A stretch of 64,000 bases of DNA from Eledone cirrhosa (taxonomy: Eukaryota), in the NCBI GenBank assembly GCA_964016885.1, contig OZ024742.1, positions 110,670,001 to 110,734,000 on the forward strand, written 5' to 3'. Under the pieces are notes generated by a model. That model did no database searches. It saw nothing but the letters and a program-made list of their open reading frames with translations, and was not told where the DNA came from. Both the position numbers and the translations under genes were made by a program. Every line of letters starts with the position of its first letter. Position 1 is the stretch's first letter. Positions 12,177-25,897 of this stretch are shown piece by piece.

Positions 12177-13728
12177 ATATGTGTATATATGTATATATAT
12201 ATATATATATGTATATATATGTGTGTGTGTATATGTATGTATATGTGTATGTGTATGTATATGTATATGTATGCGTATTAATTTTGATTTCTATTTGCAT
12301 ATAATTATATTATGCTATTGATGAAATACAATATCTGCTTTATGTATTGTATACCTAATTAACATATACTAATTAACGTATACTATTGAAATAAATATAT
12401 AATTTTTAATTTAGTTAACATATAATTTATATGCTACTACCGATGTAATACTTTATTTTATTTTTATTTGGGTTTCTTTTCCCTATTACTAAATTCATCT
12501 CCTAATATTGATACCATAACGTTATTAACTTTAATTTAGTTATACTGTAATTAATAATCTACTACTGTTTGACTTCAAAATTCTGCTTCAAATATTATAA
12601 ACCTAACTAATTTACACCTTAGAAATCAATATGTTGACTATCTTTGGTTTAGTTAACATATGATTAATGGTATACTTATTTATTTTGAGATGCATAGATT
12701 TCGTATTTCCTAGCACTGAAAATATGTAAGAACATACATTGAATTAAGATACGGAAAATATTATATGTTTCTTGAAACATATATTTACTTTGATCCCCTT
12801 CTCCAAACCCCCCCTTTCCCCTATACTATTATCATCTGTATTTGTAAGCGTCTATGTATGAATATATATGTAGGTAGGTGTCTATATAGGTTTGGGTATT
12901 TATATCTAAATATAAAAATACATATATGAGCATGCAAATATGAATGTAAGATTGTGTGTGTATATATGATTGTACATACATATGTATGTATATATATGTA
13001 TATATATGCATTATATATGTATGTGTATGTGAATGTGTTGTATGTATATGTGTATGTATGTGTATATATGTGTATGTATGTGTATGCTTGTATATATAGG
13101 AATATATATATGTGTATATATGTATGTATATGTATATGCGTGTATGTATGTATGTGTATGTGTGTTGTGTATATATATGTATGTCTCTCTATTTATATTT
13201 TTATGTTTATCTTCGTATATATGTGATATATGTGTGTGTGTGTGCACGTATGCATATGTATGTGTTTGTGTGTGTTTGTATGTGTGTGTGTATATATGTG
13301 TATGTGCGCACACACACATACACATATATATAGATATATATGTGAGTGTGTATGTGTGTCTGTGTGTGTGTGTGTGTGTGTATGTGTATATGTGTATGTA
13401 TATATATGTGTATATATATATATAGATATATATATATATATATATATAGGTGTCTATGTGTGAATATATGTCTTTATTCGTATGTGTGTATTTATGTATG
13501 TATATATTTATGTGTATGTATGTATGTGTATGTATGTATGTATATATATATATATATATATATGTATATGTATATATATATATGTATATTATTCTTTATT
13601 ATTATAATATAACTTATGGGTATATGTGTATAAGTGAAGTTGTGTATGTATATATAATATGTGTATATATAAGAGTAATAAAATATATATATATATATAT
13701 ATGTGCATGTCTGTTTTTTATGTGTGTG

Positions 13729-13764
<36 letters not shown>

Positions 13765-13976
13765 TATACGTGTGTGTATGTAGATATATATATATATATA
13801 TATACATGTGGGTGTTTGTATGTGTATTTATGGTGGTATGAGTGTGTGGATATATATGTTTATATATATATATATATATATATATGTGTATGAGTCTATG
13901 TGTGTGTATATATATATATATGTGTATATATATATATATATGTGTGTGTATATATATGTGTGTATATATATATGTA

Positions 13977-14007
<31 letters not shown>

Positions 14008-14271
14008 CTCTATTAATGCGTGTGTGTATGTATATACATGTGCCTTTTTATTATTATTTTTATTTGTATGTCTGAGTTTGGTGAGGTTGTATTGTTTTTT
14101 TATGTATATACACATATATGGAAGCGTATGTATTTATATATATGAGTATAAGTAGGTGCATATGTATGTATGATTATATATCTAATTCTATATATGAAGG
14201 TACATCTATATATATATATATGCGTGTGTATGTAAGTTGTGTGTGTATGTATCTATATGTCTATGTGAGTG

Positions 14272-14306
<35 letters not shown>

Positions 14307-14401
14307 GTATATCGATGTGCGTATATGTATGTACATGTATGTACATGTATGTGTGTATGTATGTGTATGTATATTTAGATGTATGTGTATGTATGTGTAT
14401 A

Positions 14402-14452
<51 letters not shown>

Positions 14453-15618
14453 ATATATATATATATATGGATATATATCTTTATTATCTATTTTTTATAT
14501 ATATGTGTATGTGTGTATGTGTTGCGCGTGTGTGTGTGTATATATATATCTTTTTATATGTGTATGTGTATGTTCGTGTAAGTATATGTGTGTGTATGAC
14601 TGTATATGTATGTGTGTATGTGTGTATGCGTAAATATCTCTATGTGCGCGTACATGTATGTATGTGTGTATATATATCTGTATGTGTATGTATATTATAT
14701 TATATTTATTATATTTTATTGTTTTATTTTTTTATTTTTCTTAATTTATAGATACATTTATATTAGGCAGTCTGCTCAGACAATTGAATACTGACCCCTT
14801 CCCCCCCCTCCCACCTAATTTCTGTATCTTGATCTTGAAATGTGTGTGCCAGTGTTTTATGTGAGTGATTTAATTTCTATGTGCTTATGATTTTATATCC
14901 ACATATATAAATGTGAGTGGGGGAGTGTGTGTGTTTGTATGTTCGTGGTTATGTGTATATTTATGCATATACGCGCATGTATGTGTGATTATACTGATAT
15001 GTGTGAGTATGAAAAAATATATTTATATGCTTGACTCCATAAGTATCAATGCGCATCTTATCAGCGCATTAAGCTTACGGAGATATTAACCTTGAAATTT
15101 TGTGTTTGCATCCATCTTTTTAGTATGCGTATACAAATTATACACACATTTTTGTAAAATATGTGTAAGGATTTTACATGTATATACACACACCGAACTG
15201 CTTTTAACCCTTTGTGTTTTCATTGGTCAATTTTGAACTGATATTTTGAATTGTTGTTATTATCAATAAATATACTTCATTATTTCTGAAGACGGCGTAT
15301 ATATGTGTTAGGTATGTATATTTAATCTTGATAATTTGTATAATTTTGTATAATTTTGTACATAGATCTGTTGAATATGCATACCAATTATAACACATAT
15401 ATACCCTAGAAACGATCGTTAAATAATGAACCTTTTTTTGTTTAATATAAGGAATTGTTTATTCATTATTTGTTTAATATTTTATCTTGACTCTGTATAC
15501 CGTTTATCTTTCACCGAAAGTGGATTTTCATTACATCTCTTCTTTCCATGATATCCGGAATACATTGAGTTCTTCATACGGATTGGACACTACCGTAAAC
15601 TCTTGGTAGATTTATCTA
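12177..15618 (+). repeat. 3' pseudo-LTR / 3' UTR, rich in interrupted (TA/TG)n
   Basis: Direct repeat of 5614-9058. Confidence 0.9.
15276..15430 (+). ncRNA. Type I hammerhead ribozyme with 116-nt stem II domain (copy 3)
   Basis: Identical to 8716-8870 at offset 6560. Confidence 0.8.
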
Positions 15619-16383
15619 TATATATATATATATATATATGTGTGCGTGTGCGTGTATTTATGTATAGTTAAAGAAATGACAACAAAACAGTCTTAGTATC
15701 ACGCTTAGGAGGAAATAGAGGTAAAATATTAGTAGTTTTTGTGGCCAGTCTACAGCCTCTTAGAGAAAAACCGATTAATTATGTCAGTTTCCTCTCACTT
15801 TCCATAAGAACTTAAAGACAGGTGGTGAGAATCCTGGTGTGCAGCATCCTCCTTCCAATTCTCACAGTTTCAGATGATAGAACATTTGGGTTTATAATTT
15901 TGTTTTCCAGTTCAATATTTTTTATCTGTTTCATTCACTAACACAGACTTACACAGACACAAACACGTTAATAGACCCAGGTATAGTTGAGGGGAAGTTT
16001 GTATCGTAAGAACTAAATAAAATCACAAAGCGCTCCGGGACTCGAATTCAAAACTTACAATCATGAGCCAAACAAAATAAATACTAAGTAACGCGCCCTC
16101 ATGTTAGTGCAATGCTCAAGTAGCTAAATGTTAAATTAATGTATAGAACTTTCAGTTAATGTTCATCTTAAAATTACACACGCACATGTATGTATGCTTG
16201 TTTGTGTGCTTGTGCGGAATTGTTCCTCTCATTTTTTCAATAATGTAACTTTGACGAATCAAAGAAGAAAAAAAGAAAAACAGATCCTTAAATATATTTT
16301 CTGTGCTATTTCCAATTCAACCATTTCTCTATAACCCCTGTTTTGTATAGAAACTTACTTCCCTTTTCATATATATATATATA

Positions 16384-17029
16384 TTTGTAGATTTTTCCAA
16401 ATTGAAGGATAAGTATTTACTCTTAATTTTATTCTGAGTTAAGATTCTATTGGTTTTTCCCTGGATTACACAAAACCTGTGGATAAAATTTCTGTCTTGA
16501 CTTTTTTTGAATTGGGATTGAATTATTTTCCCATATCATACGTTAAATATTTTCCATCTTGTAAACAGTCATTCGTCTCATTCTAACGTCACTAGCCCTG
16601 TTCTCCATGTGTGTTTATTATCTTAATTCCACACGAGGTCTAACTAGCCTGCTTTTAAATTCCCTTCTGGCATATTTTAGCAGTAGCTTTGGTTATCGTG
16701 TTGAGCTCTACTGATGAACGATTCCAACCGTGACTAACCTCACTGAAAAGTTTCGTGAAATAGTCTTTTTAAGACTATATAGAAAATTTGTAGATTTTTC
16801 CAAATTGGAGGATAAGTATTTACTCTTAATTTTATTCTGAGTTAAGATTCTATTGGTTTTTTCCCTGGATTACACAAATCTGTGGATAAAATTTCTGTCT
16901 TGACTTTTTTGAATTAGGATTGAATTATTTTCCCATATCTTACGTTAAATATTTTCCATCTTGACGTAATAGTCACTTATATGTATGAATTACTGTTGGC
17001 TTCTTGCTCACATTAATTTCTCTATTTTC

Positions 17030-17030
<1 letters not shown>
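16384..17030 (+). mobile_element. Short non-coding HHR-bearing element (retrozyme/pLTR-like) between (TA)n tracts
   Basis: ~180-bp direct repeat (16384-16561 vs 16787-16963) with a hammerhead immediately upstream of the second copy. Confidence 0.65.
16707..16783 (+). ncRNA. Type I hammerhead ribozyme, 39-nt stem II domain
   Basis: TCTA-CTGATGA-ACGA..GTGA/TCAC..TCGT-GAAA-TAGTCTT(TTT)AAGACTA-TA-TAGA; AUA triplet. Confidence 0.8.
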
Positions 17031-17062
<32 letters not shown>

Positions 17063-17067
<5 letters not shown>

Positions 17068-18042
17068 TAAAATAACAGATTAAAGTTTAAGCAAAGAATC
17101 GCTGCTTTCACCCTTAACGGGATCTTCTGAAACTAACAAAGTCAATCTGTAAACGCAGAACTGGATATTTCAAAAAACGTTGCAACCGGAGGAAGACAAG
17201 AAGACGATACTTTGGTTCGTGGAAACGTTCGCTGGCACAGAACGGGAAAAAACGAATAATACGTCATTAATAGGAGCGGTGAAAAACAATTACGCGCAAA
17301 GACAGAACCACGTTTATGGTGTAAAAGAGGTCGTAGACTAATGTTCTCTTAGGTGGTGCATAGAGACGTTCTCTGGCAATGAACGAAAAAACGAAGATGA
17401 TACGTCATATGTGGAGCGTGGAGAACAATAGCACGCAAAGACAAATCCACGTAAATGGTATAGCAGAAGTCGTTGACTAAAATTCTAACTAGGAGACCAA
17501 ATGAATCTCCGCTACAGAGTTAAGAACAAAGTAAATAAATACAATACAGAAGTAATAGAAAATAATAAATATCTACACGCACACAAATACGTACATACAC
17601 AAGCATACGCAAAACACTTACCATAGGTGTATAAAACCACGCACATATAAATATGTGTGTGTGTGTGTCTGCATTTATACAAATAAATAAATAATTATAT
17701 AAACGTATATAAATAAATAAATACGTATATAACAAGCGCACACACATACCTACATATAAATACACGAATGTTCGGAGACGTAAGTCAACTAAAACAAGAA
17801 GTACACATATACACACACCCTACATACGTACGAACCTGCATACTCACACAGACGCAAAACTCCCGTATACACATAGCCAAACCCTATGTACCAGAATATA
17901 TAAAATTATACGCCATAACAATTAAATATACGTACGAGAAGATATACGTACCTTCACAAAACATACGGGTAATATATACTTACCTATGCAAATAAGTAAA
18001 GGAATAAACAAAACATATACTTAGCTCCCACATCAAGACGTA

Positions 18043-18043
<1 letters not shown>
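17063..18043 (-). mobile_element. Non-coding PLE-type 3' fragment (same family as 30746-32354)
   Basis: Reverse complement closely matches 31280-32243; flanked by (TA)n; carries the variant HHR. Confidence 0.75.
17075..17150 (-). ncRNA. Variant type I hammerhead (CAGAAGA core)
   Basis: Same sequence as 32155-32230. Confidence 0.6.
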
Positions 18044-18074
<31 letters not shown>

Positions 18075-18171
18075 GAAAAAGGAAGTAAGTTTCTATACAA
18101 AACTGTATATATATATATATCATTTCATTCATTTCATTTCATTTTACGTCCGCTTTTTCCCTGCTTGCAAG

Positions 18172-18244
<73 letters not shown>

Positions 18245-18316
18245 TGGAGGCAAGGGTATATATATATATATATCGTCCACAGGACTAGAATTGTTTCATT
18301 CGAAGAAAATCACCAG

Positions 18317-18368
18317 GGCTATTCTGATGAATTCCTTCGAATGAAACAGTTCTAGTGCTGTAGAAGCC
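18317..18368 (+). ncRNA. Type I hammerhead preceded by its own degenerate inverted copy (18278-18316)
   Basis: GGCTATT-CTGATGA-ATTC(CTTC)GAAT-GAAA-CAGT..GCTG-TA-GAAGCC; GUA triplet; stem I weak. Confidence 0.65.
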
Positions 18369-18894
18369 ATTTGTATATTAAATTTTGTTGTATACACTCA
18401 ATTAATGTATTGAGTACCTTACTTAGTGTGGTTGCCCCGATTGAACCCGTGACTCACGCACACACACACATAGACACACACACACACACACACATAGACA
18501 CACACACACACAAAGGGAGACAGAGAGAGAGACACACACATATATATATTAAGAAATACGATTGGAAGAAATAGTGATGTTTTTATATTAAACCTCACTT
18601 TACTAGTTCAAGTTGATATTATTTCTGAAGAATCTGATAGTAATGACTCGGGAAAAAACAAACAAATGATATCAGCTTTTCCAATTTACTGTATATTTTT
18701 ATGACTGCAGATTACTGCCACACATACTGCCACCGAGAATATCAAATACAAAATAGGTTATGAACAGCAGGCTATCTATGGTTTTATTCTCTCCGTATAT
18801 ATATATGTATATATATGCACTTATACATATATATACATATATAAATATATATAAATATATAAATATATATATAAATGCACACACGCACACACAA

Positions 18895-18965
<71 letters not shown>

Positions 18966-19025
18966 CAAATAAATATAAGTATATTTATGCACTTATACAT
19001 ATATATGTATACACAAACACATACG

Positions 19026-19127
<102 letters not shown>

Positions 19128-19579
19128 CAAATAAATATAAGTATATTTATGCACTTATACATATATATGTATACACAAACACATACGAACACACACACAC
19201 ACACACATACACACACACACACACACGGATATATATATGCACATAAAATTGCTGCAATTTACTATCACTGGATCCCCAAAAGATCATGTGATAAATAAGA
19301 CTTAAATCAATATAGGAAAACGATAAAATAAATTAAAATAGGGAGATCAACTGTATATCTCAAATTCGGTATATATGATAGTAAGAACATAAAAAATAAA
19401 ATAAATTTCTGAGTTAGATGAAAGGAGATCAATTTTTCCAGATATTCAAGATTGAATTTGAACCTCACCCCCACAATATAAAACTGATGATGCAGCTTCA
19501 TAGCTAAAGAAATGAACCAAAATATATAGTAATGACAATAAAATTTCCTATAAAGGAAAAATATAATCACACCTAGCTT

Positions 19580-21080
19580 CACACACGCATATATATATAG
19601 GTATATATATATTTATATATATATATGAATAAACATATTTACATAAATAAACACACTCACTAACACACATATATATATATATATATATACACCAATACAT
19701 ATACTTACATACATATATACATAAATACTTACATACACATAAACATACATAGATACCCATATACATACATGCATACATGCATACACACACACAGACACAC
19801 ACACATATATATATATGTATATATATATGTATATATATATTTATATATGAATAAACATATTTACATAAGTAAACACACTCACTGACACAACACATATATA
19901 TATACACCAATACATATACTTACATACATATATACATAAATACTTACATACACATAAACATACATAGATACCCATATACATACATGCATACATGCATACA
20001 CACACACAGACACACACACATATATATATATGTATATATATATTTATATATGAATAAACATATTTACATAAGTAAACACACTCACTGACACAACACATAT
20101 ATATATACACCAATACATATACTTACATACATATATACATACCTACATACACATAAACAAACATAGATACCCATATACATACATGCATACATGCATACAC
20201 ACACACAGACACACACATATATATATATACACCAATACATATACTTACATACATATATACATAAATACTTACATACACATAAACATACATAGATACCCAT
20301 ATACATACATGCATACATGCATACACACACACAGACACACACACATATATATATATGTATATATATATTTATATATGAATAAACATATTTACATAAGTAA
20401 ACACACTCACTGACACAACACATATATATATACACCAATACATATACTTACATACATATATACATACCTACATACACATAAACAAACATAGATACCCATA
20501 TACATACATGCATACATGCATACACACACACAGACACACACATATATATATATATACACCAATACATATACTTACATACATATATACATACATACCTACA
20601 TACACATAAACATACATAGATACCCATATACATACATGCATACATGCATACACACACACAGACACACACATATATATATATATGTATATATATATTTATA
20701 TATGAATAAACATATTTACATAAATAAACACACTCACTGACACACACATATATATATATATATATATACACCAATACATATACTTACATACATATATACA
20801 TAAATACTTACATACACATAAACATACATAGATACCCATATACATACATGCATACATGCATACACACACACAGACACACACACATATATATATATGTATA
20901 TATATATTTATATATGAATAAACATATTTACATAAATAAACACACTCTCTGTGACATATATATATATACACCAATACATATACTTACATACATATATACA
21001 TACCTACATACACATAAACAACATAGATACCCATATACATACATGCATACATGCATGCACACACACAAACACACACACAT
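19580..21080. repeat. Complex tandem repeat built from ~120-bp and ~80-bp dinucleotide-derived subunits
   Basis: Recurring ACCAATACATATACTTAC..AGATACCCATATAC and GAATAAACATATTTAC..CACTCACTGAC blocks. Confidence 0.85.
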
Positions 21081-21086
21081 ACACAC

Positions 21087-21410
<324 letters not shown>

Positions 21411-22860
21411 AACAAATGCATACTTAAAGCTTAGCTTAGAACAGTAGCGTCCCTAATATATGCGTATTAATGTTTCGTCGCTCCATCTTCAGAATCAGTA
21501 CGTGCTTGAAATAAAATAAAAATAGATAAAATACCTTAGTCGATAACATCATTTTCTATTTAGAATTTCGCACAAAAATAAGGCGAGCAACCATAGATGT
21601 TTTACTAATGTCACAATATAAACCAAAAATTAAGACATATAAACCACACTTGGGACTAATAGCAAAAATGTTTACATCTGATGTCCATAATCTCCTCCTA
21701 CTCCCACAATTCCTTACGCTAACTACGTTACAAGTATGACCCGGCCTCGAAACATTAAAACACACATCAGTTCATGAAATAGACTGTTTCAAACTAAGCA
21801 TAGAGAACACGGAAAACAATCACATATATTTATTAGGTCCAGAATAAAAAAAAAATAATACGCAGGATAAGAACAAAATAATACGCATGAACGTATCGGA
21901 CGTTTATCATTCATCAGGAAAGTATAAAGTTAGAAAAGTGAGGAGGATGGAAGATTGAAAATAAAAAAGGGAGAAGGGGTGTTATCAGAATAGGTGATGT
22001 GGGAGGCCAAGTTGGGATGTATATAGTTCTGTATGTGGGTGAATGTGCAGAAGTGGTGACAGAGCGACCAGGTCTATCAGTGATGCTGGTATATATGGAT
22101 GTGGATGAGATGCATCATAGGTGTGCGTCTCTCAGTTCCAGATGTCAGTCTGTATGCATGTATATATTTAGATGTGCATATATATATGCATGCCTCAGGT
22201 ACCTGTGTTTGTGTGCATGTTGGTTTGTATGTAATTTGAGTGTGTCAGTCGTAGGTGCCGTATGTGTGTGGGTGTGTCAATATGTAGGTTTGTGTGTTTG
22301 AGAGAATCGTGTGATTCATGTGCATTTGTGTCGTGCTATGTTTCGATATATCTGCTTGCGTGTGTCCATATGTGTTTGTACATATATAGATTGTGTATGC
22401 ACGTTAGTGTGACTGGGGACAATTTAAAAGATGTAGGTAATAGACTCTGTGGAAAGCCAGACAATTTACGTGGTACCCTTAAAGACGAAATTTCTATTGC
22501 GATACATCTTGTTTTTGTGTGTGTGTTGTAAAAAAACAAAAACAAAAAAAAACAAGATGGCGTAGGACAGAACAAAGGAGAGGCTCAAAAACAAAGAAAA
22601 GAATACCTAGTCACTGAAGAGGTCACATAATGTGTGACGAAAGAACTTTCACAATATATGAACAATCGTCTGGTTGTGGAACCAGCCAACCAACCGGAAA
22701 TTTATAAATTCCTAAATTTATAAATTTAATTTATAATAAATTGAAGTGAAAGCAACTGGTCCGTGTGTTTCTTATTGGCAACATGACCCTCCCAAAGTAT
22801 AACAATATCGGTTTCAACACACGTTTTCAGATAAAGAATCTTGCTAAACAAATTCAGAAA

Positions 22861-22919
<59 letters not shown>

Positions 22920-23195
22920 ATAGAATGAAACGAAATTTCATTTCTCACTCTTAGTTCGGCACTTACTTAAATGCAAGTATGTATGTATGTATACGTACAT
23001 ACATATATGTATACAGACGTACAGTAGTATGTATATATATACACACATGCACACATATATATATGCACGTATAGGTTTAGCGAATATTTATTATAATGCT
23101 CGGTTTGTTTGTTTGTAAACAAAAAAACAGCCCGAATTACACTGAACAGTGTTTAGGCAACCGCATCACCTTTTTGTTCAACACTGACACAGGAA

Positions 23196-23236
23196 TGATG
23201 TACTAGTTTCAAGCTTATTAGCTATCGTCAGCATCG
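23196..23236 (-). ncRNA. Minimal type I hammerhead (U.U closing stem II)
   Basis: CGATG-CTGACGA-T-AGCT(AATA)AGCT-T-GAAA-CTAG-TA-CATCA. Confidence 0.75.
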
Positions 23237-23919
23237 TATACCTTCCTGCCAGATGGTTGAACGTCTGGAAGTATATACTTTGCTTATGCATATTAACGGC
23301 TGAGCAGCTTAATTTGCATATCGAGTGAGTTCAGTCGGCCGGGCACACTTAAAACGATAAATGGAATAGAATGAAACGAAATTTCATTTCTCACTCTTAG
23401 TACGGCACTTACTTAAATGCAAGTATGTATGTATGTATACGTACATACATATATGTATACAGACATACAGTAGTATGTATATATATACACACATGCACAC
23501 ATATATATATATATGCACGTATCGGTTTGCGTCAGTGTTGAACAAAAAGGTGACGTGGTTGCCTAAACATTGTACGGTGTAATTCGGGCTGTTTGTTTAC
23601 AAACAAACCGAGCATTATAATAAATGTTCGGTAAACCGATACGTGCATATATATATGTGTGCATGTGTGTATATATATACATACTACTGTACGTCTGCAT
23701 ACATATATGTATGTACGTATACGTACATACATACTTGCATTTAAATAAGTGCCGTATATGAGTGAGAAATGAAATTTCGTTTCATTCTATTCCATTTATC
23801 GTTTTCGGTGTGCCCGGCCGACTGAACTCACTCGATATGCAAATTAGGCTGCTCAGCCGTTAATATGCATAAGCAAAGTATATACTTTCAGACGTTCAAC
23901 CATCTGGCAGGAAGGTATA

Positions 23920-23960
23920 CGATGCTGACGATAACTAATAAGCTTGAATCTAGTACACCG
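23920..23960 (+). ncRNA. Degenerate copy of the same hammerhead (GAAT for GAAA)
   Basis: CGATG-CTGACGA-TAACTAATAAGCTT-GAAT-CTAG-TA-CACCG. Confidence 0.55.
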
Positions 23961-24176
23961 TTCCTGTGTCAGTGTTGAACAAAAAAAGGTGACGTGGTTG
24001 CCTAAACACTGTACGGTGTAATTCGGGCTGTTTGTTTACAAACAAACAAAACGAGCATTATAATAAATGTTCGGTAAACCGATACGTGCATATATATATG
24101 TGTGCATGTGTGTATATATATACATACTACTGTACGTCTGTATACATATATGTATGTACGTATACATACATACATA

Positions 24177-24217
<41 letters not shown>

Positions 24218-24270
24218 AATGTAGAAAAGTAGAAAATGGTGGAGGGAATTTTTATATATATATATATATA

Positions 24271-24362
<92 letters not shown>

Positions 24363-25741
24363 TTGTGTGTGTGCATGTGTATATATAAAAACAGATATAT
24401 ACAGTTCATTTAATACCAAAGAGAAAATTCCTTTATACGAATGTATCATGCTGAAAAGTATTTTTCTGAGAGGGAGCTGTGTTGTTGAAATGTACAAAAG
24501 TATTTACTGGAACACAGTAAGAAGATTTGCAGATTAGGTTTAAAGATAAATATGGATACAAAAAAGTTGTTTGAAGAAAGGAAGGATTGATATTCTACTC
24601 TCCCTATCTTGTATGATAAGTAAGGGAAATAATGGCATAGCTCAAGATATTTAGGATGTATTGGATTTTGTTGTTGCTTAGTCAAGGAGGGAATCTTTGT
24701 ATACTTGTATCCATGTCATTTATCCAGTTCTTCCTTGGCAGGTAGGTTGGTGGTGAGAAGCTATGTTGAAACCGAAGACCTGATGATGATGCCTGAAGCT
24801 GCTCAAAGGTCACTAAAGGCACCCACGTCACAAAGGTCACTAAAGGTATCGATTTATTATAGGATGTCGATGTAGCAAATTTATTTAGATGCCTTAAATC
24901 ATTAAGCTATAATCATTGTATAGCTTCACAGCTATAATTAATATACATATTCGCTTACATATATGCTTACATATATGCTTGCATACATGCATACATGCAT
25001 ACATTAATGCATTCATGCAAACATTTATGCACATATTTTATGTTCTTACGTACATTATGTTTTTAAACATATCTATTGCGAATCATATGCGAAATATATG
25101 TTTCAATTTGTTTAGGTATTGTTAAGGGAAAATATGTTTTAAAATTTATGATTTATGAACGTATCTGATGGTTAAGTAAAGTCATCCGTCTTCTATTTCA
25201 ATTAATGAAATCTGATAATATATTATGTTCTGAGCTAAACGTTCGGTTTTAAACTGGTAATTCATTGTTAGACAATTTCTACCAATGAGGTCATTCAATG
25301 AAATAGGCATTTTTCGAGAAACTTGCCTTTAATAAAACAAATAAATTAAATACGTTGAAAAAAACTTGAATTTGCATAGATGTTTCAATAGATTTTATTA
25401 AGTTAATAATGCTGAAAATTAAATGTTATTTATAATTGATCTTCAGTTTGTGAATATTGACAATTTTTTGTTTTTTTTTGCAGGTTCTCTGTATATCACT
25501 TGAATCGATAGATTTGTACTTTGGCGTCTTTTACTAGTTTCACGTTTATTAAAAAATTATACAAATCAAAATATAAGTCGTCAGGTTAGGGAGTTTTCTT
25601 TGCAATAATCTGGAGCCAAGGATGACCCAGTTTACAATACTGTTAGAATGTATCTCTTAGTTCACTGGGATTTTGGTGGTGTTTTGGGATAGAAATTGTA
25701 TTGACCCAAACCAATATTCGAATGCATTTGAAAAAATATTA

Positions 25742-25897
25742 TTAAATATAAGAAAAAACACAAATATAATTGTTTCTACTTTTGACACAAGGCCAGAAAT
25801 TATCCCAGTGCATTACTGGTACTTTGCACTGGGATAATTGCTGACCTTGTGCCAAAAGTAGAAACAATTATATTTGTATTTTTTTCTTATATTGAAT
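25742..25897. repeat. ~155-bp imperfect palindrome including a SINE 3' end and adjacent AT-rich sequence
   Basis: AATATAATTGTTTCTACTTTTGACACAAGG..TCCCAGTGCA / TGCACTGGGA..CCTTGTGCCAAAAGTAGAAACAATTATATT. Confidence 0.8.

Larger units (their letters stand above)
5614..15618 (+). mobile_element. Full-length PLE in partial-tandem form: pLTR - ORF - pLTR, ending in (TA)n
   Basis: ~6.56-kb periodicity (6391 vs 12954; 8701 vs 15261); ends ...GGTAGATTTATCTA followed by (TA)n. Confidence 0.93.
22920..24180. mobile_element. Retrozyme-like tandem array, ~440-nt unit, with internal inversion at ~23530
   Basis: Period 446 (22921/23367) on the left arm and 437 (23531/23968) on the right arm; HHR in each arm; no ORF. 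Confidence 0.75.

Noticed and set aside
19484-19525. CTGATGA..AGCT/AGCT..GAAA motif
   Set aside because: No U16.1/H17 site or convincing stem I.
21886-21925. Minus-strand CTGATGA plus a stem II-like hairpin
   Set aside because: GAAA and stem III are missing on that strand; cannot be completed.
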